From positions 1-64,000 of the IMG/VR virus record IMGVR_UViG_3300024503_000494: DNA of 64,000 nt; one strand, given 5' to 3'. Below the pieces are notes generated by a model. The model did not search any database. It was not told where the DNA came from and saw only the letters and a program-made list of their open reading frames with translations. Below, piece by piece: positions 1 through 10,000 of this stretch. A program made the translations under genes and the position numbers. Numbering within the stretch: the first letter of the stretch is position 1; each line of letters starts with the position of its first letter. This stretch comes from an uncultured virus (IMG/VR IMGVR_UViG_3300024503_000494). Taxonomy: Duplodnaviria > Heunggongvirae > Uroviricota > Caudoviricetes.

Positions 1-1
1 C

Positions 2-205
2 TGGAGATCAACAGCGTTCTGTACCTGCTATGAGCACCACGCTTGTATGAATTATATGCCATATGGTATGCCAGGTACTGCTGCTACTCCTTGTCCAGAT
101 GTTAGAGATTCTGGTCGTCGAGGCGGTCACGGTGCAATTCGTATCACATATAGAGGCACTAACGTTAACGAAGATCAAATTCACGTAAAATTGGGAGAAT
201 TTTAA
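2..205 (+). CDS. 3' end of a Cys/Gly-rich fibre-like protein (third paralog, truncated by window edge)
   Basis: Not in ORF track; frame 2 reads WRSTAFCTCYEHHACMNYMPYGMPGTAATPCPDVRDSGRRGGHGAIRITY...GEF*, matching the C-termini of the next two ORFs; TAA overlaps next ATG. Confidence 0.85.
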   Translation, partial: WRSTAFCTCYEHHACMNYMPYGMPGTAATPCPDVRDSGRRGGHGAIRITYRGTNVNEDQIHVKLGEF

Positions 206-1404
206 TGGCCCTATTGAGTCAATTATTAGGCAACAGAGAACTAGCCTGGGAAGATCAGCTAGAAAAGGGCCGTATTTGGGTATACGGAGACGGAAACGAA
301 TACACAGGTCTGTGTAACGGTTTCTGTTGGAAGCCACCGGGCTGCGGACTGGCAGTTATTGAAATTTGGGGTGCTGGTGGTAGTATGGGACGTGGCTGTT
401 GCTGCGGTATGTCAGTACCACCAAACCCTGGTGCATATGCAAAAAAATGTATCTGCGTATGCCCATCAAATTATGTCTGTGGATTTATTGGAAGAGCCTG
501 CGGTGATACACCTGCTTACTGTAGAGGTTATTCAGAAGCTGTATGTATTTGCTGGTTTGGATGTTCTCCAACACCTATATACAACGGTGGAATGAATCCA
601 ACAATGTCTTCAGCATCTTGGAAAGGTAACAATCCTTGGGGCTGGGGCAACGGAGAAAACTGGGGAAATATTTGTCAAAATGATTCTAAGGCATCCAACT
701 GGGCTCCAAGATCTAGTGACTGTACACATAACATTTGTTGCCCTGCTGGTTCAACTAGAGGTTGTATGTGCGCTCAAGGCGGTAAGTCTGGAGTGTTCTG
801 GTGTATTGACGGTGGTATGAGTGTTATGCAATGTTTTGCTAGAACAAGATTTTGTCAAAAAACAATCGGCGGCAAAGAAATTTGCGGTTGGTGGATCTGT
901 GCTAGAGTATGTAACTATTGCAGCGATTTCTATCAGCCTTATAACACAGGTGGCCCAGTATGTGCTTTTGGTGGCGACATAAACTGTTGCGGCACAATTT
1001 CTTGTACATCAAACTTTGACTGCGCAGCAAACAATAACAACTGTAGACTATTGTATCATTATAACACTCCAGCTATGCAGTACTCCACAGAAGGCGGAGT
1101 ATATACATTCCCAATGGATACAGATTCCCCAAGCGGAAGAGTTTCAGGAAACGGTTTAATGGCACAGATTGCAGGCGTACAAACATTAAGTCGTCATCCA
1201 AGCCATAATGCAGTAGCGCATTGCTGGGACGGATCAGTGGCCTGCGGATGCTATGAAGCATTCGGTTGTATTCCAATGGCGCCTATGGGACAAGGGGGCT
1301 ATCCTACAAACGTGTGCGGTGACGTTCGAGACCACGGTGGACGTGGTGGTATGGGTGCCGTAAGAATTCGTTACATCCCAACAGATGGAGGCAATACGTA
1401 CTAA
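205..1404 (+). CDS. Cys/Gly-rich putative tail-fibre/virion protein
   Basis: 39 Cys in 399 aa; IEIWGAGG and GGxGxVRIxY motifs of phage glycine-rich domains. Confidence 0.65.
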   Translation: MALLSQLLGNRELAWEDQLEKGRIWVYGDGNEYTGLCNGFCWKPPGCGLAVIEIWGAGGSMGRGCCCGMSVPPNPGAYAKKCICVCPSNYVCGFIGRACGDTPAYCRGYSEAVCICWFGCSPTPIYNGGMNPTMSSASWKGNNPWGWGNGENWGNICQNDSKASNWAPRSSDCTHNICCPAGSTRGCMCAQGGKSGVFWCIDGGMSVMQCFARTRFCQKTIGGKEICGWWICARVCNYCSDFYQPYNTGGPVCAFGGDINCCGTISCTSNFDCAANNNNCRLLYHYNTPAMQYSTEGGVYTFPMDTDSPSGRVSGNGLMAQIAGVQTLSRHPSHNAVAHCWDGSVACGCYEAFGCIPMAPMGQGGYPTNVCGDVRDHGGRGGMGAVRIRYIPTDGGNTY

Positions 1405-1405
1405 T

Positions 1406-2410
1406 ATGGCAACTTTAAGAACTTTAGTCGAAAATAAAATAAATCAAATCGACACCGACGAAATTGGCCTAGAAAAAGGACAAGTTTTTACCTATTCCAA
1501 TACAAGCAATAATGGAATGCAATTTACCCCTAGCAACTACTTTTGTTGGGTTGCACCTGGTACAGGCCGTGTAATTATTGATGTTTGGGGAGCTGGCGGC
1601 TCTTCAGCAGGTATTAGATGCTGCGGAGTTGGTCTTCCTGGAAACCCGGGAGCTTGGGCTCGTAAATGCATCTGCGTAGTAGCTGGATGTACAATCTGCG
1701 GTATTGCTGGAATTAGCTGTGGTAACCCAGAAACATTCTGTTTTAAAGGATGTTCTGATCCAACACAGGTTTGTTGGACAGGTATTAACCAATATACCGG
1801 AGCATCAACAAACGGATGTATATGTGCTCAAGGTGGCCGAGGAGGCACAGCGTATTGTGCTCCTGGATCGGCAGCGGTATTGTGCTGTTTCCAGAGTGGC
1901 GGATTCTGCTTTACAAACTATTCAAACGGAACCTGCGGTATTGTATGTAACTATGGTACAGCAACAGGCGCTGCTGGATGTGCTCAGGCCTGGGGCGGCG
2001 ACATTAATAAATTTGGTGGATTTAGTTGTGCTACTTTCTGGACCTGCTACAGTAATTGCCCTTGTTCAACACAGGCTCACGTGGCTATTCCGCCAGGTTT
2101 GTTTGCCTGTGACGGTGCTGTGGTAACACACGGTTTTGAAACAGACTCTGATTTCTCTCAATGGAACGGGTCAGGTTTCCACCAATTCCAATTTATGGTA
2201 AATGCTCTTTCTAGAACACCACATAGAGGTATTCCAAGAACATCTTGCTGGTCATCAGATAAAAGCTGCGGCTGCTATCAGTTCCAGGCTTGTCAAGTAA
2301 TGATGCCTACAGGTACAGGCGGTACAATGCCAACACCTTGCGGCGACCACTGTAACTTTGGATGGAGAGGCGGTTACGGTCTAGTAAGAATTAACTATAT
2401 TCCGAGGTAA
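1406..2410 (+). CDS. Cys/Gly-rich putative tail-fibre/virion protein, paralog
   Basis: Colinear with 205..1404 (LEKG, WGAGG, CC, NPGA, CxCAQGG, GGDIN, LSR, CW, CGCY, VRIxYIP); start moved to ATG 1406. Confidence 0.65.
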   Translation: MATLRTLVENKINQIDTDEIGLEKGQVFTYSNTSNNGMQFTPSNYFCWVAPGTGRVIIDVWGAGGSSAGIRCCGVGLPGNPGAWARKCICVVAGCTICGIAGISCGNPETFCFKGCSDPTQVCWTGINQYTGASTNGCICAQGGRGGTAYCAPGSAAVLCCFQSGGFCFTNYSNGTCGIVCNYGTATGAAGCAQAWGGDINKFGGFSCATFWTCYSNCPCSTQAHVAIPPGLFACDGAVVTHGFETDSDFSQWNGSGFHQFQFMVNALSRTPHRGIPRTSCWSSDKSCGCYQFQACQVMMPTGTGGTMPTPCGDHCNFGWRGGYGLVRINYIPR

Positions 2411-2416
2411 TAAAAT

Positions 2417-3073
2417 ATGATCAATGTAAAATTTACTCATCAACTACCAGATGAGCCATATAAGCAAACAACTGCTAAAAAGAAAACAGTTGAATGCGTA
2501 TATAACGGACCAGAATTTCTATTGGTAAGACAATGGGAACAAACTGGTGTTTGTCTAAATGTTGAAAGGATGAGCAATAATAAAGAAGAATTGGAAGCAT
2601 CGATTGTTGACGACGGTCCAACTTACGATTTCTTTGTATTTTCAGCAAAAGACCATCCTTGGGAAGCTGCATATTTCACAGGATTTTACACACACGGCGA
2701 TGTTGACAATTATGAAGAAATGTTGCCTACGGGTGAGAAGTGGGTCTATGAATACAAAAACGGAGACGGAATCGTTGAACATTGCCACGCTTTGAACGAA
2801 TTAAAATATGACAAAAATCTTAAGGTGTTTACTCAGCCAAAGTTTATAGGTCATCCAATTAATTCTGCAGATTTCTGGAACGGTATTTCATTGCAGGTTG
2901 AATACTATGATCGTGTACTAAGCGGTGATCTTTCTAGATTATCAGACGAGACCATTGCCGAAGCTCGAGAATATCAAACATTTTTGCGTGATCTTCCAAC
3001 AAAATACAAGGGAGTTGATCACTGGAAAATTGCGTTTCCAAAGCATCCAGATTTAGGTAATATTCAAATCTAA
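2417..3073 (+). CDS. Putative tail-fibre assembly chaperone
   Basis: C-terminal EYQTFLRDLP...WKIAFPKHP resembles the YRQxLRDLP...WPxxP chaperone motif; follows fibre-like genes. Confidence 0.55.
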   Translation: MINVKFTHQLPDEPYKQTTAKKKTVECVYNGPEFLLVRQWEQTGVCLNVERMSNNKEELEASIVDDGPTYDFFVFSAKDHPWEAAYFTGFYTHGDVDNYEEMLPTGEKWVYEYKNGDGIVEHCHALNELKYDKNLKVFTQPKFIGHPINSADFWNGISLQVEYYDRVLSGDLSRLSDETIAEAREYQTFLRDLPTKYKGVDHWKIAFPKHPDLGNIQI

Positions 3074-3090
3074 ATTAATTTAAAGCCAGA

Positions 3091-3141
3091 AAAGGCCTTG
3101 TGAATGTATCCGTAAGGATATATAATCAACACAAGGCCTTT
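3091..3141 (+). other. Long intergenic stem-loop
   Basis: AAAGGCCTTGTG/CACAAGGCCTTT outer stem; inner TATCC-GTAA-GGATA. Confidence 0.7.
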
Positions 3142-3157
3142 CTTATTGGAGTTTAAA

Positions 3158-4093
3158 TTGACAAGATCAAAAGCATTTTTTATCAACGGCGGCGCGGGCC
3201 GTATGATTTGCTCTATTCCTGCTTTCGAAAAATACGAAGAGGAATCCGGAGACAAAGATTTCATTATTGTATGTGAAGGTGGAACAGATGTGTTTAAAGG
3301 CCATCCAACATTAGATCACCGAGTATACGATGTTTGGCACAAGAACCTATTCCAAGACAAACTAAAAGATATGGATGTTGCTACTCCGGAACCTTATAGA
3401 ATTTGGGAATACTACAATCAAAAATGCTCTATTGCACAGGCGTTTGATATTGAATTGAACGGCAAGGGAGTTAGAGACCTTCCTAAGCCTACGTTAAATT
3501 TATCTAAAGACGAACTATTGCAGGGCAGGTATGTAGTAAATGAAGTTAAGAAAAAACTCAAAAAAGAAAAATTAGTTGTATTCCAGCCATTTGGTCGCAG
3601 TATTGAATACGTCGACGAAACATTAATTGATAAAACTGGCCGTAGTTTTGAACTTAAAGATGTTAAACAGATTATTAAAAAATTACAGACTAATGGATAT
3701 GCTGTAATTTTGATGAGTGAGTTTAAAGTTGATTTTTCTGATGCAAAATTAAAAGATGAAGTTGCAACACCGGAAAATACTAATATTAGAGTATGGGCTT
3801 CAATTATCAAGTATGCAGATTCGTTTTTAGGCTGCGACAGTCTAGGACAACATTTAGCATATTCAGTAGGAACACAGGCAGTTGTTGTAACTGGCGCTAC
3901 CTATCCAATAAATGTTAGTTATCCAAATGTTGAAGGAATAGATATTCTAGATATGGGAGAAGTCGAAAGAGAATACAGCCCTATTAGAATTACCTTAGAC
4001 GAAAGAATTGATAGAAAAAATGAAAGACTAATGACTATGACTGATGATATTACTACGCTAGTAGTTAACCACGTAATGGGGAATAAAGAATGA
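3158..4093 (+). CDS. GT9-like (heptosyltransferase-like, GT-B) glycosyltransferase
   Basis: FLGCDSLGQHLAYSVGTQAVVV matches the GT9 GxDSGxxHLA motif; N-terminal GGAG; TTG start after GGAG. Confidence 0.65.
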   Translation: MTRSKAFFINGGAGRMICSIPAFEKYEEESGDKDFIIVCEGGTDVFKGHPTLDHRVYDVWHKNLFQDKLKDMDVATPEPYRIWEYYNQKCSIAQAFDIELNGKGVRDLPKPTLNLSKDELLQGRYVVNEVKKKLKKEKLVVFQPFGRSIEYVDETLIDKTGRSFELKDVKQIIKKLQTNGYAVILMSEFKVDFSDAKLKDEVATPENTNIRVWASIIKYADSFLGCDSLGQHLAYSVGTQAVVVTGATYPINVSYPNVEGIDILDMGEVEREYSPIRITLDERIDRKNERLMTMTDDITTLVVNHVMGNKE

Positions 4094-5916
4094 GTGTTAC
4101 ATCTGTAAAAAAATCAAATAAAAAACCAGTATGGATTGCCGGTATTACCAGAGGACATAATGCTGGTATATGTTTACTAAAAGATGGTGAGATTGTATTT
4201 GCAGTCGAAGAAGAAAGACTAACACGCCAAAAGTATGACGGCGGCCCTCTTGCTTCGATGGTAAAAATTCTAGAGTATACTGATAAACTAGATTATCTTA
4301 TTGTTGCTCATACACAGAATTTGTATGAAACTGCTGGTAAAATTGATTACTCCGGTGACGACATTTACACAGGTATGGCTCGTAAGTTAGGTTTAATTGA
4401 TAGAAAAACCAGTACTCCCTTGCGCCACCCTCAGGTAATTGATTTCAGCCATATGCATCATAAGCTTCACGCTGCCTGTGCTTTTTATAGAAGCGGATTT
4501 AAAGATGCTGTATCCTTAATCGTCGACGGTGCTGGAACATTCTTTCCATTTAGCTACGATAATCAACAACTATGGTTTTGGGAAGTTGAATCTATTGTTG
4601 ACTGCGAATATCCTGCAGAATTTAAAACTTTAAGAAAACACTACGGTACTAGAGAACCAATTCCTGCTTCTTATATTCCAGATTTTGATTCAGCACCGCT
4701 AGGAGAAAACAATCAAACTCACGAGGCATTACTCACTGATCGTGCAGGCATTGTTAAGGTCTATGAAGGTGTAACTGAATACTGCGGTTTCTCTGCTATC
4801 GAAGCAGGTAAGACCATGGGATTGTTCCCCTACGGTAAACCCAACGATCAAATCCCCCCATTGTTTGATGAAAGTGGAAGTTTCCCACTATCAAATAGGA
4901 ATTTAATTGTTCCCAAATATCCAATGAGCAGTATTGTTAATATGAACTTGTTCAGCTCATTAGAAGACCTTCCGCAAGAAGGACAAGATGTTACTGAAAT
5001 GCAAAGTCGTAGAGACCTAGCATATGCTATTCAAACACAAAGTCAGGAACAAGTTTTAAAATTAATTCGATTGGCTGTTGAAAAAAGCGGTAAGAAACAG
5101 GTTGTATTGTCAGGCGGTTACGGATTAAACTGTGTTGCAAACTACTATTATCTGCAATATCTAAAAGACGAAGGTATTGAATTTTATGTAGAACCTATTT
5201 CAAATGACGCAGGTACAGCCATTGGTGCAGCATTAATGTTCTGGCACGGAATGTATAACGATTTTACCGTTAGAAAATACGACACTCTGTATCTTGGACC
5301 TGCGTATTCTTATACCAACGAAGAAATTGAAACTAAAGTTTCTTCTGTAGGCGGAACAGTTACTGATGCTACTTACAAAGATGTTGTTAAACTCTTAAGA
5401 GAGAAAAACATTGTTACAATGTTCCAAGGCCGCTCAGAAAACGGTCCACGTGCTCTAGGTAATCGTTCGGTTTTATTTGACCCTACGTTCAAAGACGGTA
5501 AAGATTTTGTGAATACAGTTAAGCATCGTGAATATTTCCGTCCATTTGCCGGAAGTATTTTGCAAGACGATGTACACGAGTGGTTTGATCTACGAGGAAT
5601 GGAAGATAGCCCATTTATGATGTACGCTGTAAATTGTCAACCCGGAATTGAGGAAAAGATTCCGTCAATTATCCACGAAGATCATACTTGTCGTATTCAA
5701 ACTGTTACTAAAGAACAGAACGAACACTACTATAATTTGATCAGTGCATTTAAAGAAGAAACAGGAGTTCCTATCTTGTTTAATACCAGCTTTAATTTAG
5801 GTGGAGAACCGTTAGTTGAAACCCTAGACGATGCTGTGTGGACACTTCAAAATTCGGATATTGAATATCTATTTCTTCCAGAATACGGAAAATTAGTTCA
5901 TATTCCGAATAACTAA
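4090..5916 (+). CDS. Carbamoyltransferase, NodU/CmcH family, full length
   Basis: EEERLTRQK, HHKLHAACAF, VDGAG, GKTMGL, SGGYGLNC, DAGTAIGAA, ENGPRALGNRS, KHREYFRPFA, NTSFNLGGEP. Confidence 0.95.
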   Translation: MSVTSVKKSNKKPVWIAGITRGHNAGICLLKDGEIVFAVEEERLTRQKYDGGPLASMVKILEYTDKLDYLIVAHTQNLYETAGKIDYSGDDIYTGMARKLGLIDRKTSTPLRHPQVIDFSHMHHKLHAACAFYRSGFKDAVSLIVDGAGTFFPFSYDNQQLWFWEVESIVDCEYPAEFKTLRKHYGTREPIPASYIPDFDSAPLGENNQTHEALLTDRAGIVKVYEGVTEYCGFSAIEAGKTMGLFPYGKPNDQIPPLFDESGSFPLSNRNLIVPKYPMSSIVNMNLFSSLEDLPQEGQDVTEMQSRRDLAYAIQTQSQEQVLKLIRLAVEKSGKKQVVLSGGYGLNCVANYYYLQYLKDEGIEFYVEPISNDAGTAIGAALMFWHGMYNDFTVRKYDTLYLGPAYSYTNEEIETKVSSVGGTVTDATYKDVVKLLREKNIVTMFQGRSENGPRALGNRSVLFDPTFKDGKDFVNTVKHREYFRPFAGSILQDDVHEWFDLRGMEDSPFMMYAVNCQPGIEEKIPSIIHEDHTCRIQTVTKEQNEHYYNLISAFKEETGVPILFNTSFNLGGEPLVETLDDAVWTLQNSDIEYLFLPEYGKLVHIPNN

Positions 5917-5938
5917 AAAAGCCCGAAAGGGCTTTTTT
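5915..5938. terminator. Intrinsic terminator
   Basis: AAAAAAGCCC-GAAA-GGGCTTTTTT. Confidence 0.85.
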
Positions 5939-5960
5939 GTTTTCCGATAAATACTAAACT

Positions 5961-6398
5961 ATGATCAATTTTGCAAAATACTTTTTCCAAGGAATTAAGA
6001 ATACCCTGCGTATTCAAAACGGCGTGAATTTTGCCTATAAAGGCCCGTGGATGTCTGTTTTTCCAGGTACTGTTCTTGACGAATGGTATGTGGGAGATTT
6101 TATGGCAGCAGAATACACGATAGTTGTAGATGTGGGAAATTTTAGAAAAGAAATTGTAAAAGCATTAGTTGTAGCAGGACCAGAGACAGCCAGCGTTACA
6201 GTATATGGAAAAACTAATTTAGGTGAAAACTTAATAGAATTATCCACTGCGGTTAACGAAGCAAAAGTACAGGTGTTAATAAATCCAGCAAACAGCCCAG
6301 AAGATAGCACCTATGACAATTCTACATTGTTAGAAGGCGCCAAAGTAATACACAGCGTAACTTACTATCACACTATTAATGATCTTGTTAGCTATTAA
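5961..6398 (+). CDS. Hypothetical, probably virion protein
   Basis: 145 aa ORF, TAAATA 7 nt upstream. Confidence 0.6.
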   Translation: MINFAKYFFQGIKNTLRIQNGVNFAYKGPWMSVFPGTVLDEWYVGDFMAAEYTIVVDVGNFRKEIVKALVVAGPETASVTVYGKTNLGENLIELSTAVNEAKVQVLINPANSPEDSTYDNSTLLEGAKVIHSVTYYHTINDLVSY

Positions 6399-6466
6399 CT
6401 TTTCAGCCCGTATAAATACACATAGTCTTTGTAGAAGGTGAAGTTGGAGTGATAGCGGAGATCTAA

Positions 6467-7063
6467 ATGACAGTATCTTATATTCCTTTTGAGTCAAAAA
6501 GCGGTTTTAAAAGCCCCGGTTTCTACGTCAACGAAGTTGGCGACCTGCGTGTAAACGGCGCAGTTTTATTCACAAGTCAGTTAGATGTCGCACCAACATT
6601 TACAGTTAATGGTGTATTAATTATTGATAACACTGACTCTGTAGTCAGCCTTGGCGATCAAATTAAACACAGCTCACTAACACAGTTAGGAGTATTAGAT
6701 GGTTTAGAAATTGATGGCGATTTTACCATTGCTCAAGGATCATCTCCATACATTCAAATTGTAAACGGAGTTGTTACTATCAATTCAGTGGCCGCAGTTG
6801 GCACCATTGATAATATTGATATAGGTTTGAAAGACCCAGGCGACGCAAATTTTAAATCAGTAAACATTGGTCCAGGTGATAGTTCTGGAGAATTATCAGT
6901 TCAAGGAAATGTTAGCGTTACACAAAATGTAGATGTTACTGGAAGTATTGACGTGTTAGGAAGTGTAAATTTAAGTGAAATACCTACTCAACCAAACCAC
7001 GCTACAAGAAAAGATTATGTTGATTCAAGAATTTCAGCATTTGCTATTGCGTTTGGCGCATAA
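6467..7063 (+). CDS. Putative tail-fibre-associated structural protein
   Basis: Beta-rich; HATRKDYVD and C-terminal AFAIAFG motifs typical of fibre proteins. Confidence 0.55.
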   Translation: MTVSYIPFESKSGFKSPGFYVNEVGDLRVNGAVLFTSQLDVAPTFTVNGVLIIDNTDSVVSLGDQIKHSSLTQLGVLDGLEIDGDFTIAQGSSPYIQIVNGVVTINSVAAVGTIDNIDIGLKDPGDANFKSVNIGPGDSSGELSVQGNVSVTQNVDVTGSIDVLGSVNLSEIPTQPNHATRKDYVDSRISAFAIAFGA

Positions 7064-7075
7064 GGAAAAAAATAA

Positions 7076-10000
7076 ATGGCAAAGAAACAGATAAAACAAT
7101 ATGTATTTGAACCAGGTGTAGGTAAGGATGATAACTTATTTCCAAATGCTGTGGCATTATTGACAGCTAACAAAGCATTTTTACAAGCACAGGTAGTTGC
7201 GTTTATTAACGATCAGATAGCCAACGATGTTGCACCGTATGTAGATTACACATATGCTTCAGCAAAATGTACACGAGATGTTGGATATTTTTTAGATGCT
7301 ATCATTCACGATTTAAGATACGGTGGAAACGTTAAATGTCGTCAAGTAGCAGATTATTTTTGGATTGACGGTGAGCCACAGATTCGTGGAGATGTTAGTC
7401 CTGAGATTACTGGACAAGCGTACCTAAGAGATGTTATTAACAATTTTATTTTTACTAACTTAACAGTAACTCCTTCATACGGCAACGGACTAACACAAAC
7501 AAAATATGTAGGCTCTAATGCAGAATCCGGTGCGGCTGCAAGAAATACTTCTTTGTGGTCGGTGTTCAGCACAGTTATCAGTGACGGCATACCTAGTATG
7601 CCTGCAAAACTTCCCGGTGTAAGTTCTATTAGATTATTAGGAAAATATGAACCTAATGAAATATTATTAATCACAAATACTGATACAGGAGAAATCCTTT
7701 ACAACTTTGCAGATCCTGGAAATACAATCACTTGTACATTTAAACAAGGTAGATCAAGCGGTGACGGACAACTATTAAGTGATGTTGATTTTAAAACTTG
7801 GTGGATGATCACTGACACTATTACAACCATTGAATTATCTGTAGATACAAGTCAAACCAGCAGTTCTGCAAGTTTACAGATATTTGTTGAAGAACCAAGT
7901 CAACAGATCCGTCCTTGGGAATTTGGTACTGATGCTATTGAGCGTATGCGTGTTGCTGCACCGCAGGCCATGCTCGACGCTGACTTTGAATATGGACTAC
8001 AACCTACTAAGTGGCAGGCCCTGGGGTTGATTCGAGGATATCCTTCGGTGTACGAAATTCCAGGAACTGATCTTTCGGTTGTGGCTATCACCACTGACGC
8101 TTCATCAAATACAGGATATTTCGGATCTTCATTGATCACTGTCACAACTTCAGGAACACACGGATTTACCGTTGGACAACCGATTACAGTCAAAGGTACA
8201 AATCCTTCAGTAAATGGGTTTGGAAGAGCAGAAGGATCGTTTTTAATTTATAGTATTCCAAGTTCAGTTTCGTTTACATATTATTCTTCTGCTAAAGTGG
8301 GAACAGTAAACGGAGAAAGTTTATATACATCCTTTATTCAAATAAGACAAGCTGGTTTTTATACTGGAGCAAGTATTGGGCAACCAACATTTTCTGTTTA
8401 CAGTAACGGAAACAATTTAACCGTAATTTCAAAATTTAATACACCGGCTTCATCGACACAGATAGCATTTGATGGTACTAGTCCAACTATTGGATCACCA
8501 ATTTCTGGATCTCCATATATTAGTCAAGGAACATCAGTTGCAGGTGTTGTTGGTTCTGGAACTATAGTAGCAACAATTAAAGATACAACTGCTGCTGACG
8601 ACATAAATTTCACAGTAACTAATCCTGTAGGAATTCAACAGGGGATGGCAATTTCCAACGCTGGGGATTCTGTATTTGTAACATCTTTAGATGGTTCTTT
8701 AATAAATTTAAACGGGACAGTTGGCGCAGTACTGGTTGGTGCTAATGCGGTAATTACAAATCAAACCGGGTCAAATGTTGCCCAGGTTGGTACTAGTGCA
8801 ACATTTGATGTGTCTAGATCTGCTGGAACATACCTTATCGTTACTGTCAACAATGCCGGGTCTGGTTATGCAATTGGTGATAGATTATTAATTAGCGGTA
8901 GCAGCTTAGGCGGAGACTCAACCAATGATATTACTATTGTTGTAGACACATTAACTGGTGATGCAATTGCTACATTTAGTTTTTCTGGTACAGCAATTTC
9001 CGGTGGAGCAACATATACGAGTGTACTTCAATCTACTACAACAGGCGCTGGAACAGGTGCTAGAATTACTGTAGTAAGAACCGGCGGTACCGGAGCATAC
9101 AACATAACATTAGCCGATGGTGGAGCAAGTTTTGCCCCGGGCGATACTGTAACTTGGGCCGGAACTTCATTTGGTGGTGCATCACCTGCAAATGATATTA
9201 CTCTTCAAGTTGACGGAGTTACTGCTGGAGCAATTGTAGATTACACAATCAGCGGATCTCCAGTAGGTGATTCGGGCGATGCTGCCTATACAGGCATTAG
9301 TTCTTCTAACATTGCAGTTATCGGATCAGGCGCAGTATTTGATGTCACAAGAACCGACGGAGTCTATTCTGCAACCATTGTAAGTGGATCCGAAGGAACT
9401 GATTATGCAATTGGAAATAGAATAATAATTGCTGGAAATAATCTAGACGGAATCACACCAGACAACGACTGTACACTATTAGTCACAGGAATATCTAGCG
9501 GTGCAATTACAACAGTAACAGCATCAGGAACTCCGTTTGCCGGCGATACTATTTCAATATATCCAACATTAACCGTTAGTGAACCTATCACAGGCGAAAT
9601 TACTGACGGAACATCTTTAAACGTTGGTGCTATTGCAACTATTCAAATTGATTTTACAAGTAACCACGGACTAGTACCAGGAACAACAGTTTTAACTAGC
9701 ATTTCTTCTCAACCAGCTCCGGGATTTGCGGCCACAGCAAGATCGTTGCCAACAAGCCTTACCGGATGGAATTCTGTTGCAGGACTCAATGGTAGATTTG
9801 TTGCTGTAGGCGGTGCCGGCACAGCATCTGCATATTCTATTGATGGACAAACTTGGTTGGCAGGAGGCACCCTACCTACATCAACTACCTGGGTTGGCAT
9901 TGCTGCAGGAACTATTGGATCGGTTGATTATTTCCTTGCAATTGGAAACTCTGGAACTACTTCTGCATATTCAACAAACGGAGGCGGAACTTGGACATCT

